In this document: piece by piece, positions 1-5,901 of the stretch | Numbering within the stretch: position 1 is the stretch's first letter | Layout of the letters: each line of letters opens with the position of its first letter | Origin: Puniceicoccales bacterium | GTDB lineage: Bacteria; Verrucomicrobiota; Verrucomicrobiia; Opitutales; JAIRLG01 | Length of the DNA stretch: 9,022 nucleotides | Direction of reading: 5' to 3' | NCBI GenBank assembly: GCA_031288595.1 | Contig: JAITRB010000009.1 | Location: forward strand, 1 to 9,022 | Program-made: the position numbers and the translations under genes | The notes under the pieces: generated by a model | The model's database searches: none | Seen by the model: the letters and a program-made list of their open reading frames with translations, nothing else | Told to the model about the DNA's origin: nothing

Positions 1-744
1 GGATTCCTCTTCTTCGATCAGGGCATGTCGACGGCGCGGCGGGCACTGCTGGCTACCTATAAGGCAAACCGGCCGGCGATGCCGGAGGCACTGCGGCAGC
101 AGTTGCCGATTCTGCAGGAGCTCTCGCAACAGATGGGCTATGCGCTTCGGATTCAGGAGGGAACGGAGGCCGATGACCTCATCGCATCGACGCTGGCGCA
201 CCGGGCTTCACCCGAATGCGAGTGCTTCGTCGCGAGCGCGGACAAGGATTTGGCCCAGTGCGTCGCGGAGGGCATCATTCTCCTGCGGCCTTCGTCGCAG
301 CCCCAGTCTCCCTGGTCGTACTTCGATGCGGAGGCGATACGGCGGCACTGGGGAATCGCGCCGGCCCAAATGCCCGATTATCTCGCACTGGTCGGCGATG
401 CATCGGACAATATCCCAGGAGTCCCAGGGGTTGGGCCCAAAACAGCCCAGAGATGGCTCCAGGCATTCGCTTCCATCGAGGGAATCTATCAAAACTTGGA
501 GAAGCTCATCCCGAGCCGTTTCGGTCACATTTTGCCCCAGCAGCGGGAACTCCTGGCCCTCAACCGTCAATTGATCTGTCTCGACCGTCGGCTGCCCGTT
601 CCCGACGAATGTCCGCCGCTGGAGCCCCGTGTCGATGCGCTGATCGCCCTGCTGGACCGACTGGGTCTCCAAACCTTGGTCGCCCAGGCACGCCGGCGCT
701 ATGGATCCGAGGCCCAGCAGGGGCAATTATCGCTCGCCCTCTAG
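1..744 (+). CDS. 5'-3' exonuclease (FEN / DNA Pol I N-terminal domain family), 5'-truncated by the window edge; apparently stand-alone
   Basis: Frame 1 is open from nt 1 (GFLFFDQG precedes the listed Met at 25), so the gene starts upstream of the window. Family-typical motifs: YKANRPAMPEAL, EADDLIAS, and the H3TH motif LVGDASDNIPGVPGVGPKTA. Stop at 742-744 with no polymerase domain following. Confidence 0.85.
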   Translation, partial: GFLFFDQGMSTARRALLATYKANRPAMPEALRQQLPILQELSQQMGYALRIQEGTEADDLIASTLAHRASPECECFVASADKDLAQCVAEGIILLRPSSQPQSPWSYFDAEAIRRHWGIAPAQMPDYLALVGDASDNIPGVPGVGPKTAQRWLQAFASIEGIYQNLEKLIPSRFGHILPQQRELLALNRQLICLDRRLPVPDECPPLEPRVDALIALLDRLGLQTLVAQARRRYGSEAQQGQLSLAL

Positions 745-775
745 GCGATGTTCGGCTTGCTCAGGTCAAGCCTAG

Positions 776-800
776 CCAGGGGAGTCTTTTCCCCTCCGGC
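776..800. repeat. Fragment of the long hairpin of the four-way-junction repeat family
   Basis: ccaggggagtcttttcccctccggc closely matches the reverse complement of the 905-930 hairpin core (ccggaggggaagtctttcccctccgg). It forms its own hairpin, AGGGGA(778-783)/TCCCCT(790-795). Confidence 0.45.
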
Positions 801-850
801 ACCACCGTGAGGGAAGAGGGAATTTCGAGGGCACTTGGGCGCTCGCTGTG

Positions 851-951
851 GCCGCTGTCTTTGGCTCCCTTCAGGAGCGGCCCGCGGAGCGGGCCCCAGC
901 AGCGCCGGAGGGGAAAGACTTCCCCTCCGGCGCTGCTGCAAAGACAGCGGC
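851..951 (-). repeat. Four-way-junction structured repeat, copy 1 (inverted relative to copy at 5629-5737)
   Basis: Perfect 13-bp terminal inverted repeat GCCGCTGTCTTTG (851-863) / CAAAGACAGCGGC (939-951). It encloses three hairpins: 864-878 (5 bp), 879-895 (7 bp, loop GGA) and 897-938 (perfect 19 bp, loop AGAC). The reverse complement aligns along its full length with 5629-5737. Confidence 0.85.
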
Positions 952-1050
952 AAGCCCCAGCGCAGTTCCTAAGCCTAAGCTCCTTCTGGTCCCAGGCGAC
1001 AAGAGCTGGTCTTGACAAACAATCCGAAGGCTTAGGCAGAGAAAAGCGGC

Positions 1051-3702
1051 ATGAGAGAAAGTTCACGAGATAGAGAGCATCGGCTCAACCCAAGGGCCCG
1101 GGTGATCGGGCTCAGCCGGCGGCCAGCCATTGCTAAACTCATCACCTGCAGCTTTGTCCTCATCCTCTCCAGCGCCCAAGCCGAGTGGCCTAGCCCCGTG
1201 CTCCGATACGTGGAGCGGCAGTCTTCGGTGGAGACTGGATTCTGGAGAAGGGCAGGGCTTGCCTCGCCCAGCCAGGCCTGCTTCTCTCCAGCCCTTCAGC
1301 TCTCCTCAGCGGAAAAAGAGATGGAAGAGGCCCTCTGCGACCTCATCCCGCTGAAAGGCCCATGGCCTGCAGCAGCTGTGCAGAACGAGCTCCCGAGAAT
1401 CCTGACATGGCTGGAGTCGCTCGTCTCTAGCCCAGAACAGCTCGATGCCCAGGAAAGGTTCCTCCGCGATTCGCTGCCACTCCTCCGAATCCTCACCCGC
1501 CTGTTCCATTTCGAGGAACGTTCTATTCTGAATGTCCGGCAAGTCGAAAGGGCGAGAATCCTGGCCTCGACCGAGCGCATTCCCAACGATCTCGGGGTTC
1601 TGGATGCCCTTCGGAATCTACTTCCGCTCTGGCTCGCGCACTACCGCGATCAAAGGACTCGATGGAAGGTCCAGATGCCAGTGCTCTCGGAGGCCTTCCA
1701 GCAAGCACTCTGGGCCTCTCATCCCTCCGCCGATGCCCGGGCCTTCATCCCACTAGAGGAGTGGTACATCCGCCTCCACAGCCTGCAGGAAGCCGTAATC
1801 GATCCGCTCGCCACCGCCCAGGGCCACCGCCGATCCCCTCTCCGCAAAACCCATCGCCGGCTAGCCCTGAAGCAAGAGGCAGGCAAGTACCACCAGGTAT
1901 GCCTGGTTCAGGACGAAGGGGGGATGGACTGGGTGCTCAAGGTCTTCCATTTCCAGGAACACGCGGGTGGCTACGTCAGCAGCGGTGTTCTGCCGCAGCT
2001 GTCCCACCTCATCGGGCGCAACGTTTTCAGTTACCGGCTGGGCGAGTGGCTTTGCCCGGGCATGCCTGTCCCGACATGGCCCTGCCTCATACCGGCCAGC
2101 GGCGATGGCAGAACCCTTGCCTTGGGCATACGGATGGCCAGGGCCCGCGGTCTGCCCTTCAGCCACTACTGGAAGCCGAGGGACACAACCCATCCCCAGT
2201 TGGCCCGAATAGAAGTCCACCGCAGGCGGTGCCTGTTCCTTCTGAACCAGATCGCGGGAGAAGGAGCCGAGGGCAACATTTCCCGTGCTTCCTCATCCAG
2301 CAGAGAGCTGCAGGAGCTTTTCATCTCCGACGACGATGTGGTTCAAGAAGGTCTGCGAAAGCGCTGGCAGGGTCTCGGGGGCGATTTGAGGCGCTCGCTC
2401 TTGAAGGACTGGAAGAGCTACGTTACCGAGATGAAGGCCCTGCGGCAGCGGCTCCGGCCGGGAGCGCTCGTCCGCAACCTCATCCGCCTACAGTGGCTGG
2501 ACGCACTGCTCTTCCAGGGCGACCGCCATTACTGTAATTTCTACATCGAGCCAGAGGCCTCCTACAGGCTCCAGCTGATCGACCAGGATCAGTGCCTCGG
2601 GCCCCTTGATCCCCGGGCCTCCTGCGACGTCTTTCCCCAAAAAGACTTCGAGCGGCAGATGAGCGTGCGGACTGAGAGCTACTTCGGCCATGGCGGCTCG
2701 AGCGTCGCCGAATGCTGGGCCCGCCATGGGGGAAAGTCCATCGCCCCCCTGCCCCCGTTCATCGACGCCTCGACGGCCTTCCATTTCAGATGTTGCCGCT
2801 CGGAGAGCCTGGAAGCCCTGGCCGATGGCTGGCTCCTTCCCCTGGAAATCGCCGCGCTCCGGCGGCGCCTGCGGGCCCTGCAGCGATTCCTCACGCAGTT
2901 GCGGCGGCACGGACGGGTATTGCCCGATGACCCAAATGTCTGGGAAAATCCCAAAATCCTCGCCCAACTGGAACGGCCCGATCCTGCTCTGCCCGACCCC
3001 ATTTTTCCTAACCCCATGCGCAAGCGGGATATCGACCGAGCTGAGGATGCCTGTGAGGCCCGGATGCTCACCTGTTACCAGAAGCTCTGTCGAGAACGGG
3101 AGCGAGAGTGGAGGATATTCCTAAACCTCTCGGTCTGCTTTGACGTCCTGCGGAACCTGAAGGTCGGAGCCGGGGCCGATGCTGAGGGGAGGGATAGGGG
3201 GTTGTGGGGCGATGGCCCGGCTGCGGAGACGCGGGCAGGATGCCCGCGGCTCCGCAGACCCCGGCCTTTTTCTCGAAAAAGGCCGACTTTCTCCGAAAGG
3301 GGCCATCGCCCCAAAAATCAAAACCAATCCCCTAAACCCATGCTTGACGCCGCCCTTCAAAGCACTAGCCCTTCCGTACATCCATGCTCAAGACCAAAAA
3401 ATCCATCGCCAAGCGCTTCAAGTTCACAGGCAGGGGCAAGGTGCTGCGCCGCAGCGCTGGGTACCGCCACTTCCTGCGCAACCGGAGCGTCAAGCAGTGC
3501 CGGGCCGCCCATCGGGACCATCCGGTCTCGGCGGGATTCCGGAAGCAGATTCTGCGGGCGGTGGCGGTCGGACTTTAGGATATTTTCTGATCCACCGCGG
3601 GGAAAAGCGACAGGTCGGATCTCACAGCAGGACGAAAGGAGAAGCACATGCCAAGAGCGACCCATGCAGGAGCAACCCATCGGCGCCGAAGAAGGATGCT
3701 GA
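1051..3702 (+). CDS. Large hypothetical protein with an N-terminal Sec/Tat-like signal peptide and a central PI3K/PI4K-like atypical-kinase signature; the last ~500 nt of the ORF are probably not genuine coding sequence
   Basis: 883-codon ORF with high third-position GC up to about nt 3150. N-terminus LSRRPAIAKLITCSFVLILSSAQA|EWP is an RR-containing n-region, a hydrophobic core and an AxA site. Alternative starts are GTG 1102 or ATG 1321; the latter is preceded by GGAAAAAGAG. Motifs: WVLK (K at 1939-1941), WLDALLFQGDRHYCNFYI (2518-2538 core) and LIDQDQ (2578-2589). After ~3160 the translation becomes low-complexity (RPRPFSRKRP...) and overlaps a structured repeat, rpmI and the rplT start. Confidence 0.6.
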   Translation: MRESSRDREHRLNPRARVIGLSRRPAIAKLITCSFVLILSSAQAEWPSPVLRYVERQSSVETGFWRRAGLASPSQACFSPALQLSSAEKEMEEALCDLIPLKGPWPAAAVQNELPRILTWLESLVSSPEQLDAQERFLRDSLPLLRILTRLFHFEERSILNVRQVERARILASTERIPNDLGVLDALRNLLPLWLAHYRDQRTRWKVQMPVLSEAFQQALWASHPSADARAFIPLEEWYIRLHSLQEAVIDPLATAQGHRRSPLRKTHRRLALKQEAGKYHQVCLVQDEGGMDWVLKVFHFQEHAGGYVSSGVLPQLSHLIGRNVFSYRLGEWLCPGMPVPTWPCLIPASGDGRTLALGIRMARARGLPFSHYWKPRDTTHPQLARIEVHRRRCLFLLNQIAGEGAEGNISRASSSSRELQELFISDDDVVQEGLRKRWQGLGGDLRRSLLKDWKSYVTEMKALRQRLRPGALVRNLIRLQWLDALLFQGDRHYCNFYIEPEASYRLQLIDQDQCLGPLDPRASCDVFPQKDFERQMSVRTESYFGHGGSSVAECWARHGGKSIAPLPPFIDASTAFHFRCCRSESLEALADGWLLPLEIAALRRRLRALQRFLTQLRRHGRVLPDDPNVWENPKILAQLERPDPALPDPIFPNPMRKRDIDRAEDACEARMLTCYQKLCREREREWRIFLNLSVCFDVLRNLKVGAGADAEGRDRGLWGDGPAAETRAGCPRLRRPRPFSRKRPTFSERGHRPKNQNQSPKPMLDAALQSTSPSVHPCSRPKNPSPSASSSQAGARCCAAALGTATSCATGASSSAGPPIGTIRSRRDSGSRFCGRWRSDFRIFSDPPRGKATGRISQQDERRSTCQERPMQEQPIGAEEGC
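3206..3312 (+). repeat. Four-way-junction structured element, sequence-diverged member (E3), 71 nt upstream of rpmI
   Basis: Perfect 12-bp outer stem GGGGCGATGGCC (3206-3217) / GGCCATCGCCCC (3301-3312). It encloses hairpin 3221-3257 (16 bp, one A/G mismatch, loop GGA), hairpin 3263-3284 (GGCCTTTTT/AAAAAGGCC, loop CTCG) and hairpin 3287-3299 (CTTTC/GAAAG). The order long-medium-short matches 5629-5737. The 5' flank GATAGGGGG-TTGTGGGGCGATGGC resembles the copy-2 flank GATAGGGGCAGGGTATTTTGTGGGACATGGC. Confidence 0.6.
3384..3578 (+). CDS. rpmI: 50S ribosomal protein L35
   Basis: 64 aa: MLKTKKSIAKRFKFTGRGKVLRRSAGYRHFLRNRS... This is the typical basic L35 sequence (KRFK.TG.GK), placed immediately upstream of rplT. 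An in-frame stop at 3366-3368 fixes ATG 3384 as the start. No Shine-Dalgarno sequence is visible. Confidence 0.9.
   Translation: MLKTKKSIAKRFKFTGRGKVLRRSAGYRHFLRNRSVKQCRAAHRDHPVSAGFRKQILRAVAVGL
3635..3641 (+). promoter_or_regulatory. Shine-Dalgarno sequence for rplT
   Basis: AAAGGAG lies 6 nt upstream of ATG 3648. Confidence 0.7.
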
Positions 3703-4031
3703 AGGCGACCCGTGGCTATTTCGGAAACAAGTCCCGCCTCTTCCGCTATGCTCGAGAGGCCTGGCGGCGGGCCGGTCAGTTCGCCTACCGCGATCGGCGC
3801 AAGCGGAAGACAGAGATGCGCCAGCTATGGATCGTGCGCCTCAACGCGGCCTGCCGGCCCTTTGGCTTGCCCTATTGCCGCTTCATTGCCGGCCTGAAGG
3901 CCGCCCAGATCCAACTGGATCGCAAGTCCCTGAGCGAACTGGCCATCCACGACCCAGAGGCCTTCTCCCAGGTGATCACCCGGGTACGGGAGGTCCTGCC
4001 GGGAATCACTCCCGCGGCTGAGGCCCGGTGA
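3648..4031 (+). CDS. rplT: 50S ribosomal protein L20
   Basis: 127 aa containing KATRGYFGNKSRLFRYAREAWRRAGQFAYRDRRKRKTEMRQLWIVRLNAA, a canonical L20 signature. Strong RBS and conserved position after rpmI. Confidence 0.95.
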   Translation: MPRATHAGATHRRRRRMLKATRGYFGNKSRLFRYAREAWRRAGQFAYRDRRKRKTEMRQLWIVRLNAACRPFGLPYCRFIAGLKAAQIQLDRKSLSELAIHDPEAFSQVITRVREVLPGITPAAEAR

Positions 4032-4174
4032 GATGGGGACGGAGCCAGGCTCAGTCCCAGAGTTCCGCGAGCCATTAGGTTCAAGAGCGGACGGACCGGC
4101 AAGGGCAGGAAAAATCTCCTTCCGTCCGGAGCATATCTCAGTTCTTCTTTCCCGAATCCGAGCAACTCATTGTC

Positions 4175-5521
4175 ATGTCCGATGAAGATGAGCGCCGGAA
4201 GGCCCTGATCGAGCACCTCTTCGCCCAGGCAGAGCGCAACCGGGTGGTCGGACAAGCAGAGGAAAGGGAGGGTCATCCTCGGACCCAGGCGCTCTCCTCC
4301 TTTTCGGAATCGCCGAGCGCATCGTCTTCCCCGGAAGACTTGGAGGAAGAGCTGAGAAGGCGACTTCAGCAGTTGGGCATAGATGAGGGTCTGCGCCAGT
4401 CGCTGGCGGAAGTCATGGCCTCGCTGACACCCGGCTCGCCGCTCCAGGGGATCATCGCCCAGTATTTGAAAGAATATCCCATGGATGAACTCATTTCCCA
4501 GGCCCAGCAGGAGCTAGCCAGCGTCCATAAGCGTTCGGATTGGGAGAGCTGCAAGGCGCGTTTCCTAGGCCCTCAGGGACCGCTACGCGCACTCGTCAAA
4601 AACATCCAGGCCCAGGCACCGGAGCAGCGGCCGGCCTTCGGCCAGAGGATCAATGCGATCAAGACTGCTCTCGAAGAGCTGTTCAGCCGCAAGCGGCAGG
4701 AACTGGAGCGGGAAGCCAGGCAGCGTCAGCTCCCGCCTCCCATCGATATCACGCTCCGCCCACGGTTGGCAGCTAATGGCACCCTCCATCCCCTGACACG
4801 CCTGCGCCGGCGCATCGACGCGATTTTCCAGCGCTTGGGCTATACCCTTACCGAGGGCAGTGAGATCGAAACCGAATGGTTCTGCTTCGACGCTCTGAAC
4901 ACGCCGCCCGAGCATCCGGCCCGGGATGAGCAGGATACCTTCTACCTTCCGCGGGATCTGGAGCTCGGCAACGTCCCTCGCCGGCGGGAGGGTGAGAGGG
5001 GTGAGCGCTACATCCTGCGTTCCCAAACCTCGACAGTGCAGATCCGCACGATGCTGGCGGAAAATCCGCCCCTCCGCATCGTCTCCCCAGGCCGTGTCTT
5101 CCGGCGAGATACGAACGACGCAACCCACAGCGCGAACTTCCATCAGTATGAGGGGCTCTACGTTGACCGAAAGCTCACGGTGGCTGACCTGAAGAACACG
5201 CTCTTCTTCTTCCTCCAGGAGCTTTTGGGAGCCCCTCTGCAGATGCGCCTGCGGCCGAGCTTTTTCCCCTTCACCGAGCCTAGTTTCGAGCTGGATATCT
5301 GCTCTCCCTCGCTGGGCAAGCTCAGCGGACAGTGGGTGGAGATCATCGGTTGCGGCTTGGTCGATCCGGATGTATTTCGGGCCGTGGACTACGATCCGGA
5401 GCAATGGACAGGCTTTGCCTTCGCCCTAGGCTTAGAGCGCGTCGCGATGTTCTTCTACGGCGTCGACGATATCCGGCACTTTTACCGCAACGACTGGCGA
5501 TTCCTTCAACAGTTCGCCTGA
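4175..5521 (+). CDS. pheS: Phenylalanine--tRNA ligase alpha subunit, with an apparent ~100-aa N-terminal extension (alternative canonical-length start at ATG 4481)
   Basis: Class II aaRS motifs: GRVFRRDTNDATHSANFHQYEGL (motif 2 region) and GFAFALGLERVAMF (motif 3). A PheS-typical N-terminal coiled coil begins at MDELISQAQQEL (4481). Codons 4175-4480 keep the same frame and a GC-rich third position. Confidence 0.9.
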   Translation: MSDEDERRKALIEHLFAQAERNRVVGQAEEREGHPRTQALSSFSESPSASSSPEDLEEELRRRLQQLGIDEGLRQSLAEVMASLTPGSPLQGIIAQYLKEYPMDELISQAQQELASVHKRSDWESCKARFLGPQGPLRALVKNIQAQAPEQRPAFGQRINAIKTALEELFSRKRQELEREARQRQLPPPIDITLRPRLAANGTLHPLTRLRRRIDAIFQRLGYTLTEGSEIETEWFCFDALNTPPEHPARDEQDTFYLPRDLELGNVPRRREGERGERYILRSQTSTVQIRTMLAENPPLRIVSPGRVFRRDTNDATHSANFHQYEGLYVDRKLTVADLKNTLFFFLQELLGAPLQMRLRPSFFPFTEPSFELDICSPSLGKLSGQWVEIIGCGLVDPDVFRAVDYDPEQWTGFAFALGLERVAMFFYGVDDIRHFYRNDWRFLQQFA

Positions 5522-5628
5522 AAACTTGCCCTATTTTTCCGCCGGTCGTGCAAAGCCAAAGGTCCGCATCGGACGGACATTGCCGAAGCCAGTTCTGTCA
5601 GATAGGGGCAGGGTATTTTGTGGGACAT

Positions 5629-5737
5629 GGCGCTGTCTTTGCAACGCAGGAGGGGAAAGGGCCCGAAGGCTCCTTTCCCCTCCTGCGTTGCAGGCCCGCC
5701 CCACGGGCCGCTCCCGAAGGGAGCCAAAGACAGCGCC
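5629..5737 (+). repeat. Four-way-junction structured repeat, copy 2
   Basis: Perfect 13-bp terminal inverted repeat GGCGCTGTCTTTG (5629-5641) / CAAAGACAGCGCC (5725-5737). It encloses a long hairpin 5642-5690 (19 bp plus a GCC/GGC extension), a hairpin 5693-5709 (GGCCCG/CGGGCC) and a hairpin 5710-5724 (GCTCCC/GGGAGC). It is homologous to the reverse complement of 851-951. Confidence 0.85.
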
Positions 5738-5901
5738 AACAAGCCTACAGGCCCCAAGCATTCACCCAGCTGCCAAGACCTAGAGCCGTCGCTCCTGATC
5801 ACTCTCACTTCCACCTATCCGGAGCCGATGTTCTCGGAGGGGGTGGCCGTGCAGCGGAATCGCTGTTGACGCAGGGAGAATATTTTGCTCCCTGACAGGG
5901 C

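Noticed and set aside
1-11. 11-nt exact repeat ggattcctctt at 1-11 and 7981-7991
   Set aside because: Several chance 11-mer matches are expected in 9 kb, and there is no extended similarity around either copy.
208-1073. Long overlapping ORFs (208-726 minus, 216-1073 plus, 140-574 plus) across the exonuclease gene and the downstream intergenic repeat
   Set aside because: They overlap a confidently identified CDS in other frames, and their translations are Arg/Pro/Gly-rich and low-complexity. This is typical of spurious ORFs in GC-rich DNA. The part over 745-1073 translates the repeat element.
1296-3381. Many alternative-frame and antisense ORFs inside the 1051-3702 ORF (e.g. 1662-2537 plus, 1861-2220 minus, 2488-2967 minus, 2679-3071 minus, 2690-3124 plus)
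   Set aside because: They show no recognisable motifs and have an RPGA-rich composition. They are nested in the frame that carries a coherent signal peptide and kinase-like motifs.
3179-4021. 280-aa ORF spanning E3, rpmI and rplT in another frame
   Set aside because: It overlaps two unmistakable ribosomal protein genes out of frame. It is an open frame by GC bias only.
4088-4150. Hairpin CGGACGGA...TCCGTCCG (4088-4128) after rplT as an intrinsic terminator or pheS attenuator
   Set aside because: It has a large bulged loop, and the T-rich run (4141-4150) starts more than 10 nt after the stem. It is not a convincing terminator. I recognise no T-box or leader-peptide features.
4583-5404. 273-aa antisense ORF within pheS
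   Set aside because: It is antisense to a CDS with clear class II aaRS motifs and has no recognisable features.
851-5737. Possibility that the repeats are a CRISPR array, retron msr/msd or tRNA-like genes
   Set aside because: There are only dispersed copies kilobases apart and in opposite orientations, with no spacer periodicity and no cas genes. No reverse transcriptase gene is adjacent. The cloverleaf lacks T-loop, D-loop and anticodon features, and its arm lengths are wrong for a tRNA.
5332-5895. 187-aa ORF, and ORFs 5506-5814 minus, 5526-5783 plus, 5531-5761 minus and 5618-5869 plus, over the pheS-downstream intergenic region
   Set aside because: They translate the structured repeat. 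Their similarity to the 741-953 ORF (APRAAPEGSQRQR) only reflects the nucleotide repeat and is not a protein family.
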